Assembly: GCA_028534125.1 (NCBI GenBank)
Contig: CM052816.1
Coordinates: 36,954,001 to 37,018,000, forward strand
Length of the DNA: 64,000 bases
Source: Lama glama
Lineage: Eukaryota
Direction: 5' to 3'
Numbering within the stretch: the first letter of the stretch is position 1; each line of letters opens with the position of its first letter. Below are positions 40,719 through 54,994 of the stretch, one piece after another. Under the pieces are notes generated by a model, which had not been told where the DNA came from, made no database searches, and saw only the letters and a program-made list of their open reading frames with translations. Made by a program: the position numbers and the translations under genes.

Positions 40719-43223
40719 TAGTTGATTATACCGTTTTCACTTTTTAACCTTCATTTAGCTTTTTAAGTGTCTGATTCACCTCCTCTACTATATATTTGCT
40801 TTTACCAATGAAATCTTTTTTGTTCATATATTTTCTTATTTCTACTTATGGCCTTTTTTTCCATTTAAAGAAGTCTCTTTAACGCTTTTTGTAAGGCTAG
40901 TTTAGTGGTGGTGAACTCGTTCAGTTTTTGCTGTCTGGGAAACTTTTTCTCTTCTTCAATTCTGACTTATGACCTTGTTGGATAGTTTGATTTTAGTGAT
41001 GACCTTGTTGGATAGGGTGTAAGGGTTTTTTTTGTTTGTTTGTTTCAGCACTTTAAATATATATCCTGACATTTTCTTCTGGTCTGTTATGTTTCTGTTG
41101 AAAAATAAGCTGATATCAATTATGGAATTTTTCTTGTATGTGATTAATTACTTTTCTCTTGTTGACTCTAAGATTCTCTTTCTTTATCTTTTGTCATTTT
41201 AACTATTATATCTCTTTGTGTGGATCTCTTTGGGTTCATCTTATTTGGAACATTCTGTATTTCTTTGATCTGGATGTCTGATTCCTTTTTAAGGTTAGGG
41301 AAGTCTTCAGGTATCATTTCTTCAAATAATTTTCCTCTCTCTTTCTCTCTCTTCTCCTTCTGAGACTCCTATAATGCAAACATTACTATGCCTATGTTGT
41401 CCCAGAGGTCTCTTAAACTATTCTCAATTTTTCAAAAATTCTTTGTTTTGTTTTGCTGTCCTGATTGGATGACTTCCACTATTCTGTCTTCAAGATTGTT
41501 TATTCATTCTTCTGTACCATTCCTCTATCTATCGTTCATTTCCATTATTTATTCTTTTGCTGTTTGTTTTCTTTTTGTATCTTCTAACCCTTTGTTAATG
41601 TTCTCACTGAGTTCATTCATTCTGATTCTGAGTTCAGTGAGTATCTTTATGACCATTGCTTTAAACTCTTTTTTAGGTAAAGTATTTATTTCCATTTCAT
41701 TAGCATTTTATTTTTCTGGAGTTTTATCTTATTATATAATTTGGGACATATTCCTCTGTCTCCTCATTTTGTTTGATTTTGTTTGTTTGTTTCTATGAAT
41801 TAAGCAAAGCATCTACCTCTTCTGGTCTTGAACTAGTGGCCTGTGTGAACTGCATACAACAATGTGGACTTGTTGAATGGCTGGAGCAAGCATGGGCTGA
41901 GGGTAGTCTGGGAGAGACTCAAACAATGGTGTTCATTGGTGCTTTTCTCTCTTAATAGGGTTCCAACAGTTCCCTGCCCATTGTTAAATGTTTTAAGGTT
42001 AGTAATTATGTTTTCTCCCCATGTAGCTTAGGCGCCCTTTAAACTGCTGTGATTTTTGCTTTGTGTGAGACACCTTGCTTTGTCTCAAGGTGGGTGAGTT
42101 CTGGGCTCACATCCCTCATTGATATCCCTCCCTCCTACAGGTTGCTGCATTGAGAGTTGAGTTCTATGGATACTGTCTTCATTTTACTTACCCATTTCTG
42201 TGTGGCCCTTCTATGTACAGATGCTGTTCAATCAGCCCTCAAGTTTTCTTTAGAAAAAGTTGCTTTAAATGGAGGTGTAGATTCAGTGTGTCTGTGGGAG
42301 GAGGTAGGTTTAGGGTCTTCCTATTGTTGCCTTAGTCCTGCCTTAAGACTAATTTTTAAAAATGTAACATTAAATTTCTTTAGTAATATGCAATTATAGA
42401 TTATTTTCTAAAGCAATACAAAAATAAGTAGTCCTCAATGTTCAATATATCTCTTTCTCCCCAAACTTCCTTTGGGAAGCATAAGTTGTAAAATCAACTC
42501 TAAGGAGTTTCTATCGTGAATACCAGTGTCATCAAGCTTTCTGATCTTTCCCTGTCACCAGCAGGCACTGCTTCATTTGGATATGTCCTCTGTTTCAAAG
42601 TGTGAAAACCTTATACCTTTAGGTGTTATCTGGAGTAAAATGGGAGCTATTTCTTGTCTGACCAGAGAAGCCCTTGTTTGAGGACTACAAATGCGGATGA
42701 CCTAAGTAAAAATTACATTTATTCAGGCATGCTCAGTATAAACAAACTTCTCCTTAGTTTCCACAAACCTACATTTTGAATCAGGAACTCCAAGGCTCTT
42801 GGTGACACAGTAAGGTAACACTTCCTGTTAAGACCCACTCCTCCCTCCCAACCTCAGTAATTTTTTTCTTTTTCTACCTTCTGGTTCTGGGTCTCCCTCT
42901 TTCTCCAGGAAAAGTCTATAGGGGCAAGATCTCTGCTGATCAGAAGACTAGTTTAAAAATCAACCTGTATTTGATGAAAACAATAGTTTGCTGTTACTTG
43001 TTTAGTTGACTTTGCTTCTTCAGTGATCCCAAGTGAGTAGTTCCCACTCTATGATGAAAATATTTAAAGTTATAGAGTTGAATTCATCTTCAAAACCCCA
43101 AGCAAATAATTCAAAGATTCAAAAATTTCATTACAAAATGTCAAACAATTCTCTTCAGATAAAACCACTTATGTTCATGATCATGCCTCTTCTTATTGTC
43201 TCTGGAGATTTTTATTCATTAGA

Positions 43224-43320
43224 TGTTTTCTTTCTTTCTTTTCCCTTCCTTTCTTTTCTGTCTCCTTCCTTTCTTTTCTTTCTTCTTCTTTTTAATCTAT
43301 ACCTCTCTCTCTTGTCCCTC
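43224..43320. repeat. CT-rich low-complexity tract
   Basis: Seen directly. Confidence 0.85.
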
Positions 43321-44429
43321 TATACAGAATCCTATCTCTCAACTTCTAAACATGCTCAGTCTGTCTGTCATTTACAACTAATGACCTAACTAACAAACAA
43401 AATGAGCCTCAGCTATTGTTTATTCTTTCTTCTTTGCTTCTTGAGATCCTCATTTCCTTATCTCCTATTTATTTCACTCCTCAGTCTAATTTGTTTATGA
43501 CTCCAACTTCTTTCACTGAAGCAGGAGGTTTTTTGGTATTAAGATAACAAATTTCACTGAGAATCTATACACAGTTTTTAGGTTTTAGGTTCAATTTTCA
43601 GGGGAAAATGCACATACTCACAATATACGCACAAACAAAATCTGGCAGGAGCCTGTCTATATGTCTGTCCAGAGTTAAATACACTGAAAATAAAATACAC
43701 GTATCAGGATTCACAACTCTCTTTTTCTCTATTTTAACCTTAATGAAAAGCATAGTTTCCAGACGCTCATAGGCACTTAATAAGTAATTGTTAAAAGAAT
43801 AATTCAATGCCTTAGGTGCCATGGAATATGATGAGTATATTTCACTCTACTAATAACCAGAATTTATTGAATATTAACAATAGACCATGAAATGCCCTAG
43901 GCTTTTAATATTGATTTTATATATAAAAATATCTGCATATCCACAAGAATTATGGAATTGATATCAGTCCATTTTTACCCAGGCAGCTTTCAAACCATCC
44001 AATTCAAATAGCTACAAGAAAAAAATAGTCATTCCAGTCCTTACTTGAAACACATAAAAAAAGAATGTAATTCTGAACCTCTAGTAACATTTCTCAGTAC
44101 CTTACTTTTTATAGCTCAAACTTGTCTGAAACTTTTTATTCACCAATCATATCCTAATTTCTATCCACCAAAACTGCTTTCTACTTATTGTATTTCCTTT
44201 CATCTTTTTTTTTTCACCTCAGAACTTAATTACTGAGATTGGCTTAATCTCTTTATCTAAGTAATTTTATTTCTCTTCAAGTGTTAATGGCTCTGCCTTT
44301 TTTTACCTGTCATATTATATTGCATAAAAATTCAGGATTTGTCTGAAGACAATCAATTTTCTACAGAAGTTGGAAGAGAGAGAAGGTCATAAGCAGGAGG
44401 AGACATTCTGCTTCTACATCCTAAAAAAC

Positions 44430-44585
44430 TATAGACTTTCTTATTATCCTTCTGTAAGATACCAGCAACAAAAGCTGAAAGATATAAAGTTGTTTGCCCA
44501 CACACTCACTAAGGGCTAAACCAAGATTCATCCAGATCCATTTGATTCCAAAAAGTGTGTTCTTTAGCACCATACCTTACTGCCT
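44430..44585 (-). mobile_element. MIR SINE
   Basis: 'ttattatcc...tttgcccaca...caagattcatccagatccatttgattccaaa...caccatacc'. Confidence 0.6.
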
Positions 44586-44594
44586 ACTTGAAAC

Positions 44595-44975
44595 TATATT
44601 CAAACATTTAATAAATATTTAGGGTTATCTACTATGTACCAGGGTACAGATATTAACAGAAAATGACATAGAAATTTTTGACCTTATGAATCTGATTTTT
44701 TAAGTGGAAGAACACAAAATAAAGAGACAAATTAATAAAAATTAAACTGTATAACATTTACAAGGTGCTACAAAATATAGAATAAAATAAGAGGGTATCT
44801 AGAGAGTGAGAGGTGGTAAAGCAGTTGAAATTTTAAATCCAGGAGGATCTTTCCTGGCATATGGAATACTCAGGGCAAAGACATTAAGTGGATCTGACTG
44901 TTTAGAAAACAACAAAGAGGCTATCATGGCTAGAGTGGAGTAAGCCAATGAAAGAGTAAGGGAGAGAGATATATG
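44595..44975 (-). mobile_element. L2 3' fragment
   Basis: 'ttcaaacatttaataaatatttagggttatctactatgtaccagg', 'aacaaagaggctatcatggctagagtggag'. Confidence 0.75.
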
Positions 44976-46693
44976 AAATAGTTTACTAAGTTCTCCAGAG
45001 AGTCTGTGAGTTGGAAAAGTTAAATTTCCCCTGCCTTGGGGAAAAGAGAGTTGGCAGATGGTTGGTTGGGGTACTCATCTTATTCACACTAGTTCTTAAT
45101 TTGACTGTTTCTTATTCCTTGAAAGTTTTTATTCTTATCTCCCGTAAGAATGTATGCTCCTGTATCATTTCATAGCTCTCAGAATTTGCAGCTTATTTCC
45201 ATCATGAGTGCATATTTCTCAACCTAAGTGGTTGGTAACTGTTCATTGAAAAAAAGAAATGCATAGAAAAATAAATGAATCAGGTATCTGGAGTCTGTGT
45301 ATTTGGCAACAAAATAGAACATTGTGCTATATGAACCCATCAGAGAATTGAGCCATACATTGACTTTGATTGAGTACTTGTCAGAAATTTTCTTGAGACT
45401 GACATTTAAGAGAAGCAGGCTTCCTATATTCTCAAATTTCTATGCTTGTCAAGAGTTAACTCACTCAAATGGTATTCATGAGTTAAGTTTTCAGTTGTCC
45501 TTGACTTTTATAATGAGATATTTGTATGAGGTGTCTACCTGAAAAGTATATTTTATCTCAGAAAATTATCATCAAATATATATTCAAGTTACCTATTCCC
45601 TCTAACATGAGGGTTCATTTGACATAGTTTTTCTAGAACTCAGTGGAAGAAAAACATTTATTTTACAAGTTAACTTTCATGCTTTTGTTGTTGTTGTTTT
45701 GTTAATGAGAATAACCTAAGCCTAAAAACTTTCTTATCTGATTGACTCCTATGAAGCTCGTATTTGTTGAAAATGTGTGATATAGAGGACACAGTGAAGT
45801 GTACAGCAATTGATTGGCTATTGATCCTGTTTCACAAAGCTTGTAGGGGAATATGAAACTTATGTGTAAACAACAGTGGTATAAGAAGTAAGGCGATAAT
45901 AATATTAATGAAGATAAGGAGATCAACTGCTTTCAATAGTGGAGAATTATAGCAGTTAACTCTTGAAATTAAATATCTATCATGTTTTAAAATTGTTTTT
46001 CTCTTTAATAATTATATTCTGTATGTCAAAGCTAAGTCATATCCTTTCCACAGATAGGCAAGGAACATATCATTGCTTATAACAATTGCAAACCCTTATC
46101 ATACATGACATCACACATCCTGATAATCTCCCATGTATTTTAGAATTTGTTCTAAATTGGATGCTAACAAAGTTCACTATCTAAGAATGATAAAAACAGA
46201 AAAAAAGATTGAAGAAAATTGTGAAGATTTCCTGGAAAAGACATAATAACAATCTGTCCTAGATTATATAATCACCTACCTTGCTGGAGTTAGAGAAATA
46301 AACCATATATCTTGGGGTAAATTGTTTTCATAGGTCTCTTTGTTAAGCTACTGATTATCCATATTATCGTTAAGAGAAAGCCCTACCTGTGCCTAAATCT
46401 GTATGCATTTTGAGGGAAGAATGTGATATGGGTGTGTCTCCATGTGTCTCTGTGTGTTTTTACGGGTCTGAATAATATGTGTATGTTGGAGTGATATTTA
46501 CCTTGACTGGAATCTGGGATTTTATCCAAGATTTGCTAGACAGTTAGGTAAATTTGACTTAGTGTGAAATAAATAAAATCAGCAACAAGACAAAGATAAT
46601 AGAAGCATATTTTTGAAAATAAGAGACTGAGTCATAACTAAATATTTTAGAGGAGGTAGGTATAAGTGATCATGTAGTTTCACACAAAATAGC

Positions 46694-47171
46694 TGTTGAC
46701 TGAAATAAACGCACAGCCTAAAAGTTGAGAGTTCTGTTTTATTTGGCGGGAGGACTTGAGCCGGGATGACAGCCTCTCAGATCACTCTGAGGGACTGCTC
46801 TGAAGAGGCAGGGGGGTAGCTAGGATATACAGGAGCTTTACAACAAAAACCAGGTAGTAGGAACAGGAGATTACTTGTTATCTAAAGAAAACCAGGCACC
46901 TCAAGTTAAAGAATTTAGTGTTTTTCTGTGTATTGGAGGAAGTAAACATTTGGGCTCATTGAATTCACTCCTTCGACAAGCATCTAGCTATCTAGGGCCA
47001 GTATCCTGTCCTTTTTTATTCTGAGTCCCCTCAGGGTGCACCATTGTGAGTGGCTGCAGAGGCTGCGCTGCAGGCTTGTCTTCACTGTTGGGGGTGGCAG
47101 CAGCGGCTGATGACTTGATGGCTTCAGCATTCTTTGTTTACTGATATGGTTTGCAGTATTTTTCATTCAAA
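46694..47171 (-). mobile_element. ERV1-type solo LTR, relatively young
   Basis: Starts TGTTGAC and ends 'ttcattcaaa' (mutated CA end). 4-bp TSD TAGC at 46690-46693 and 47172-47175. Minus-strand AATAAA near 46738-46743. GC and CpG content are higher than in the flanks. Confidence 0.85.
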
Positions 47172-49894
47172 TAGCTGTCTTCAGATCCTGTATGAACAAG
47201 ATGGAATTTTGGTGATTTACACATTTAAAATGTAGTTCTTCATATATTAAGAGGAACTATGCATTTTTCATAAGAGCATCACTTGTTCAATATCTTGTTT
47301 AATTTCAAAAAGTATGGTTAGCTGAGCACCACGTTAGTTACATGAAACCTCTATAGAGGTACATTCTCTTACTATCACAGATAAATTAGGTGTTGATGAA
47401 ATCATAGTTACCAGTTAAAGCCTGGCTTGGTTGACTGTCAGCATTATGGCATCATTTCTATTTCATGAAAAAAGACTCCAAACCTCATGGACTAAACTGT
47501 TTTTATCATTAGATTTACACAGAAAAAAAAAAAAAAGGGAAGCATAGTTGCGAACTATTTCTAAGTTTGTCAGTGCATTTATAGACTTTTCTTGGCCCAC
47601 ATTTTCCATTTGCTAAAACTATGATTAAGGCTCAGCTTCTCTTTATACTATAGAAAGTCTGTTAGGATGTCATGATTCTATAAATGTGATAACCACTGCT
47701 AAAGGAGCCTTAGTTAGCTAATTCGTCTCATTTCACAGTTTGGGGTGGGGGTAGGGTGGCTATGTTTAGAAGTCCTTTAAAATAGGAGTTCCATAGCAGT
47801 CTTTTTGTTCACACAATAAGCGCTCCACGATGAAAGAGGGTCTTACATAAAATACCTTTATGATCTGAAGAGTACATCCTCATTACATTTTCAGATCTCC
47901 ATTTCAAAGACATCAGGCTTACTTTCCTCTCATGAAGTAAGACCTCTCTAAAGAGCACCACAAATGGGCTGTCATGCACTGGGTCATAAACTGCACATTG
48001 GTTGATTAGAGAAAAATAAAAGGCAACATTGGATTCACTCCCCTGGAAGTTGGTATCCTCACCACTGACTTTTACCCTTACCTGTCTGTGGCACCTCTCT
48101 CAGCACCCCATCTCATTTCTTTTACATCAAGCTGGTATAAAACATCCCTGTAGGTGGTTTTATTCTCATGGTAAGGCTTGTGAATTTGAGTTCTTTGTTT
48201 CACAAAAGCCTGACAAATTCAGCTTTCACTCAGCCTCTGAACACAGTTGTTAACCAACTAAACAAGAATAGTAAAAAGCTGACAGCTGACAGGCTTTGCA
48301 TAGATTTTGTCTGCAAGTGGATCATTTCAAAGAATTTGAGCCTGATGATTTTGAAGAACACTCAATTAACTTATGCCATAGATTGTTATCATATCACCTG
48401 CACCTTAATATTCAAAGGTTAAGGAGATTTGGTGCTAGGTCAAATGATCCTGAACAACACAATTTTTATTATATTAAAAGAAAGTACTTTGAAAATGTCA
48501 CATCTTAGTCATTTGTTCACTTCTTTCAGAACTTGATAACATCACACGGTCACCTCTGCAAACAGCAGCAGTCCCTGTGTCCTCAGATTCTAGCCATTCT
48601 TAAAGAAAAGGACAGAACAAAGTAAAAGTGAGTTGCTGAGTGAGGACAGAGTACAAAAATGAAAGAATTGTGGAGAGTGGTTTAAATAAAGAATACACAG
48701 AATGAACACCTACTAGTTACATATTAAAAACCAGGCAACAGATTAGAACACATATTTTACTAACACCAAAAATATAAATTAAAAGGCAAGGTATAAATTT
48801 AAATTTATCTTCCATGAAATTATATTTTTCATAAACTAAGGCAAGTTCTAAATGTGTGGATATGTGTGCATATTTTTCTAGATTTTTATAAGTCATGGGG
48901 AAAGGAATGGGATGGGAGCAGGTGGTTGGCAATATTTTGGGATAGGAGTTAATTTTGACACAGCTGCTGACAATTTTCCTACAGTATTATTCATCATTTT
49001 AAAAAATTAAAATGATTATAATTACCCTGGTATGTCACATCATATATGACTGAAAAGAGGAAACGGTGATGGAGATAGAGAAAATGTCCATATTCCTGGA
49101 GTAGGTGTTCCTTACTCTGTAACCTCCTGAGAGGCAGGCTTCCATGGGATGCTGTCCCAATGGATGAAGCTCAGGTGAGTAACAAAATCTAGCAGAAAGC
49201 CTGTGAGTGCCAGTGGCCACCTGATCAGAGCTCATTTAGTGATTGTCATCACTTTGTAGCAACCATGTAGTTAATACCCAGTGTATTTGACACCTGCTAT
49301 GTTAAATTAGTACTTGCAGAATTAACACCTGCTGTCAGCCACCCAGCATGAATGTTGCTTTCTTCAGAATAAAGGGGAAATGAATTATTTCCCTAGAAAT
49401 TTGTGTAAATTATTTTTGTAGATGGAGAATTACTTGGAAAGATCTTGGGACTGGAGTCAAGTTTCTTCATTTTTTAAAGAGTTAGCACTGCTAGTAACCC
49501 AGAGTCTCTTTCTGGCTGTCAGAATATACATTTAAAAGCTGTATCATCCTTAGAAATAAATGAGACACTAGAGGTTAACATGCTTTCTAAAGTATGAAAA
49601 CCTGTACAGATGTGAAATGGCATGTTAATTGTAGATTAATAATCATGATACATTTGTCATTTTCAATTCTCATTGATTATTTGTAAATAGGAAAATCTTT
49701 ATCACTTGCAGTACATTTTCTTATAGTAGGGCCCAGTATATATTTTTTGTTTATATAGAACTCTATACTTATTTATATTTATAGTGTATATAATATTACA
49801 TGGTGTTTAAAAAATATTGTATCTATTATGATTGATATCAATATTATGCAATTACATATTATATTATAAAATACAATATGTACAGATGAGCATA

Positions 49895-50030
49895 TACCAT
49901 GAGCAAATTACTTAACTCCTCTAACATCTGTCTTGTTATACATAAAACAGTAGTAATGATAATAATGTTATAACTATGGTGTAATAAATAGAAGGCCCCT
50001 TAGCACAATGCCTGATATTATAGGGTGGCT
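49895..50030 (+). mobile_element. MIR fragment
   Basis: 'ccatgagcaaattacttaactcctct...cttagcacaatgcctga'. Confidence 0.65.
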
Positions 50031-50169
50031 CTTTCCTGCTTAAACCAACAAGCAAAATAAGCAACATAAAGCCAAACAAAACAAACCCAAACACCACTGT
50101 ACTGCAAAGAGTTTTACTGTGGACCACAAAAAATAATAAATGTAGAAGACTTGAGATTCACCTTTGATT

Positions 50170-50930
50170 TGCTTATTCATTTTGATTGAGCAAAAATATA
50201 TTAAACCCTATGGGAAATTCTACTAAGTATAAAATACAGTTTCTGACTTCATAGTGTTTAAAATATTATTGGGATAGAAGTTTTAACATTTCCTACAATT
50301 TAAGGAAAATTAAGTAAGTACTCTCAAGGAACAAAATAATGAAATAGAAGACATCGGGAAAGATTCATTTTTAGGAAAAATATAGGACATTTATTAAGAA
50401 CTTAGAATTGAAGCAAGAAAGTTGCATGAAAGTAACTTAACTTTTCTGTGCCTCTTTATTTATAAAATGGGGATATGACAGTATCTATGACATAAGGTTA
50501 GTATGACAATTAAGCATTTGAAACAATGAACAGCACTTAGTAAACATTCTAAAGGTGTTCCTTATATAGTTAAAAAAATGGAGAATTTCAGAAAGAGTTT
50601 ATCAACAATTTTAATCTGAGCTGGGCCTTTGTGAAATTATACTTTCAATCTGTAAAATCAATGAAGAAAGCTATTCCATATGGCAAAACAGTGTGCCCAT
50701 AAGTAGAAGATTTGGAAAGCACTGACCATCTGTGTGTTTGTGATAAACCATAACGGGAGTGAAAGCTGGAAGGCAGAATGGGAGTCTGTCCATGGAGCAC
50801 TTGAAAACCGCAGTCAGAAAGATGCTTTATAATCCATAGATGGTAACAGCCGTGGAAGGTTTTAGAAGAAGTGCCCCTTGTTTTCAGAGGGACCAGAAAT
50901 CAAAGAAAAGTTAGTGTGTGAAAATTAGGT
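50170..50930 (-). mobile_element. L2 fragment interrupted by a MIR (~50420-50550, + strand)
   Basis: Antisense L2 tail 'ttattcatttttgattgagcaaaaatatatt', and 'tctgagctgggcctt'. MIR core 'aagtaacttaacttttctgtgcctc...ataaaatggggat'. Confidence 0.65.
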
Positions 50931-52099
50931 GAGTTTAAGAAAAGTGTTATAATAAAGAGGGTTGGAGAGCTAGCCCAGCAATGATATTCGTTTCTGGCCT
51001 CCTCTCAGAATCTAAGTTTCTTTAGTAATTATTATTGAGACAATTACATATAAACAAGCCAGCTCCTAGAACACAAAACTTAACCTCATTTGTCTTTTCT
51101 TGTCTGACACTCAGGCCATGGTCATGACCAGGGAATACTTCTTCAGTGTTAGCTGTAGGGAGAATTCTCTGTCAGGAACTCAGTGATACTGTGATTTGAG
51201 GGCTACAGAGATTATGTAAAACCTGAAGAAATAACAGTTTTAGAGATTCCATCACTGTAGGAAATTCCTAGAAATCTTCTTGATTGTATCTACAAAGACT
51301 CAGTTTTAAGAACATTCTGTTCTTAAGGCTATCTGCAAGGATGGAGAAAAGCATGCTTTTGTAATTCAGTCAAATCTAATGACTTTAAAGCTGTGATCAA
51401 TGACATTTTTTTTTTTTACAGGAGGTGTCAGAAACCTAGAATTCAAGACCAGACTGGGCAACTTTTCTTTGATAAGGATTGATTGGAAAAAAAATTAAAA
51501 AGAATAATAATTAACTAAACTAATGTTAATAGAAATGGTTGTCCCTTCAGAAAATGACAAAAAATCATCTCCAAGTTTGCCTCAAGAGCCTCCTTACAGG
51601 AATACATTTATAGGATGATCTTAACTCAATGAAGGAATGTGATTATGAATACAAACCGTAGTGGTTATTCAAATCTCTCTTCTTCTGCCTTATGGATGTG
51701 GGTTTTAGTTCCATGGAGAGGTAGAACATACATTTTATGAAATGCAAAGTAATTTTATTAAATTCTTAAAGTACATTAGGACATAGACATTATTGTATTG
51801 GGAATCCTCATTTACAGACTACTACACAACTTGAAATTCCTAAAATGGTATGTAAAAATTTCTATGACCAGAGGAAAATTAGAAGTGACAAAACAGTCTT
51901 GTGGAGCACTACAAATTTTCAAAAGGATAGAATATGGGAAGAGTATCTATGGGCCCTCTAAATAATTGGGGTATTTTGCTGAGGGCTAAAGTGCTAAAGT
52001 TTTAGCAAATGGTGAACACCAACATCAGTAAGACTGACAAAATGCCAACAGGACCACTCTGCCCACTAAACCCTGCAATGGTTTTCAATCTTATATGGG

Positions 52100-53520
52100 G
52101 TAATTTCAGAATTCTTGTAATGTCCCAGAAGGCCCTATGTCAAGGCCGCATGGCCCCCTCATTAACTTTCTGTCCTGTCTCCTCCTTCTAGGGCAGCTTC
52201 ATAGGTGTATGACTAGTGGAGCCACACAGGCTCTTTTAGACATAATGCACTACTGCTTTTTTAAAAAATTCTTATAATTTAATCCTTTAATGTGTGATCT
52301 GTTACTGAAGTCCAGTGGACAACAGAACAAGTGAGGAGAACCACACAATATGCACACTGTGTCTTGCAGCCCCAATTTCTTGTAGCCTTTGCAATGACCC
52401 CCATGAGAGCAGAATTCAAGTGATGCATAGCACTTGGATTTTCAGAAGATTCAAAGTGAGAAGGTAATGATAGGGTGTCTATGACTGAGTAAGTAGAGTT
52501 GTGCTGACAGCCCTAAGATGCCACTCTTCCATTTGAACAAGAACTTACTTTGAAAGGAAAAGGGCAGTGTCGTTCTAAGAAATACAAATGACTAAGAAAC
52601 ACTATCATGTCTTTTCTTCCTTAGGTTAATATTCATCTAAACATTCCTGTATTAGCCAACCACTTATGCTGAAAATGATGACAAACACGGAACAGGAAAG
52701 ACAGAGTAACCCATAGTTCCTTTCCTTTTCAGTCCATCTTTACTCATCAGTAAGCTGAAGGTGGAGAGGGTTTGGAGAAGTTGCATCAGGAGGTGAAATA
52801 AAATCAGCTGAGTATTTTTTGTTGTACTGTTTTACTATTCTGATAATAAAAATATACATGTATGGGCTACAAAATGTAATTTTAGTGATTCCACATATGA
52901 GCCAAGTGCTCCTAATTTGCATTTAAAATTGCTATTGCACAATATAAATTTAATCAGCAAAATTAATGCTAATAATTGAGAAGTTTCATTTTTCTTTACT
53001 TAGGAATATATTAAAAAGTAAACTAAAAAACACAATAGCAAGTTGAAAGAAAGACTATGGAAGAAAGGAAAAAGGTTTATATTGCAGTATCCTTAACAGT
53101 ACTTTTTTCCTACTTTTTTAAACAAGGGACCTCACATTTTTATTTTGCTTTGGTCATCACAAATTATGTAGCCAGCCCTACCTATTCCTTTCCAACTACC
53201 TCACTCTTACGCAGCCATACTTGATTTCGAGCTTTCCCTTGAATGTGTCAAGATTTCTCTCACTGCAAGGTCTTTAAATTTACTCTTGCCTTTACCTGGC
53301 AAACTCCCTCCCAAATCTCCATAGCAGACTTCCTTACTTCCTTCACATTATCTTTTCCAATAAAATCTTCCCATTAAAGCTCTCCCTGCCTACTTTTTTA
53401 AAGCATAATCTCTCTCAGCAAGGGAAGTCTCAGTTATTTTTTCTCAGAAATTTATGGCACTTACACCTTCTAACTTAGTATATATTTTACTTAATTTGCT
53501 TATTGTCTATCTACCCCATT
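52100..53520 (+). mobile_element. L2 fragment split by the MER45 insertion
   Basis: 'aaggccctatg...tggcccc' on the left. 'cagccatacttg...cactgcaaggtcttt...cctggcaaactccctccc...ttgcttattgtctatct' on the right. Confidence 0.7.
52189..53180 (+). mobile_element. MER45B/C-like hAT-Tip100 non-autonomous DNA transposon
   Basis: Left end 'tagggcagcttcataggtgtatgac'. Right end 'aacaagggacctcacatttttattttgctttgg...caaattatgtagccagcccta'. Length ~1 kb. Flanks cctccttc/cctattcc resemble a decayed 8-bp TSD. Confidence 0.85.
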
Positions 53521-54824
53521 TCTGGAGAAAAGGAATAAATTACTATCTAGAAACAAAGATCTAGGGAGATACAGGGTGAATTATTTATGATTTTTCCCTA
53601 TAGAAAACATTATTTTAACCAAATGGCAAATTTTTGGCCTCTTGCCTTTTGAGTTAATAGTCAAAATGAGATCAAACTTGGTTGTCAAATGGGATCTTAA
53701 TCTTAATGTAAAATTTGAATTCTTTGTCAGGAGAATAGATTCATGTTACTTGTGTAATAAAATTTAATTAAGACATAGAAGTTAAGATTATTTAGTTTAT
53801 TTAATTTGAAATATTTAACCAATTTAAAGTCTCTAACTTTTTATTTTCTACTTGAAATTAGTGAGCAGTATGCATTCTTTGTGGCGAATGGCAGGTGTTC
53901 ACTGTAATTTAACAAAGCAGGTGTCAAATATTATTTACTGGGGCTAACTGCTACTCCTTCTGGAAACCTCTTTACTTTGGGGTTTCTCCTAATTAAAAAT
54001 ATCTAGCCATCACCTGTCAACTTTGTCTCAGTGGGACAGTGAAATCTTTAGGGAACATGACTTGAGCAATCTTTCAGATAAAGAAAGAAAGGGGGAAAAG
54101 ATTGCCATTAATTATTTAGATATAATTCTCTACTGTCAAAATTATCGTTGTGTAATATAATTAACTCCTTCTGGAAAAATATTGTACAGACTCTGAGATT
54201 GGTACAATCTGATAAGTAAATTAAATCCCAAAGATGATGCTTTAAAGAGAGCCAAAAATGTAATGCTTGATTATAAATTTCATGTGTCTTTCATTATTCT
54301 GTTTCCTATAAAACTTCAAATACACACAACTAGTATATTCTGAAAATACCCTGAAGAGACACGTAGAGGTCAAATGTGTAACTTAATAATAACTGTATGT
54401 TCTAACAATAGGAATTTCCCTAGCATTCTATGAGATAATACTAATTTCTGTGGAACTGACTTGTGTGAATCATAGCTCATACTCACTGCACTGTGATTGT
54501 AATATTTTAAAGACTTTATAAATACCATGATTTATATTGCAAGGATAGAAATTTATCTTAAAATAAATTTGGTTACTGGTATCACTAGTGCTACCATTTT
54601 CATAGAGAATGATGTCACAAAGTAAAGGAGGTTTCTTGTTTGTTTTAAGTATCTGAGAGGGATGTTTATAAAAAAAGTTACATATATATATATTAGCCAT
54701 GAAGTCTTTATTTTTATCTCATAATATTTATTTGATTTTTATACAAACACATAGCTGTGTTATGCTGCACTTGCTTAAATATTTAAGCCTCAATTGTTGA
54801 TTTCTATCGATTAAGAAATGCATA

Positions 54825-54879
54825 TTAGGTTGAACCATAAAAATCTGATGAGGTAAACACTGGTTAATGTTTAACCTAA
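54825..54879. mobile_element. MADE2-like mariner MITE, internally deleted
   Basis: TA-ttaggttgaaccata...atgtttaacctaa-TA: an inverted terminal repeat with TA duplication. Confidence 0.75.
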
Positions 54880-54994
54880 TACACCCCTACTAGGCTTATC
54901 TGAATATCGGTTTTCAATTAAGTTGGTTTTTAAAAAGAATTGTTCTTGGGGAGCTGGCTACCTATAATAATATGCATAGGGAAATTATCTGAAT

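Larger units (their letters stand above)
38037..42345 (-). mobile_element. LINE-1 with intact termini, two large ORF2 deletions, a nested Tigger MITE and a probable 3' transduction
   Basis: L1 3' end at ~38135. ORF2 pieces are joined at ~39684 and ~39866. ORF1 remnant at ~40860-41600. The 5' end at 42345 reads in reverse complement 'taggaagaccctaaacctacctcctcccacagacacac'. TSD agactaattttt at 38030-38041 and 42346-42357. Confidence 0.93.

Noticed and set aside
48985..49174. Possible exon between 'ttttcctacAG' and 'CAG/GTGAGT'
   Set aside because: The AT-rich interior has stops and no recognisable peptide. Isolated splice-like motifs are common in 64 kb. Similar lone acceptors at ~22810 and ~51421 were also set aside.
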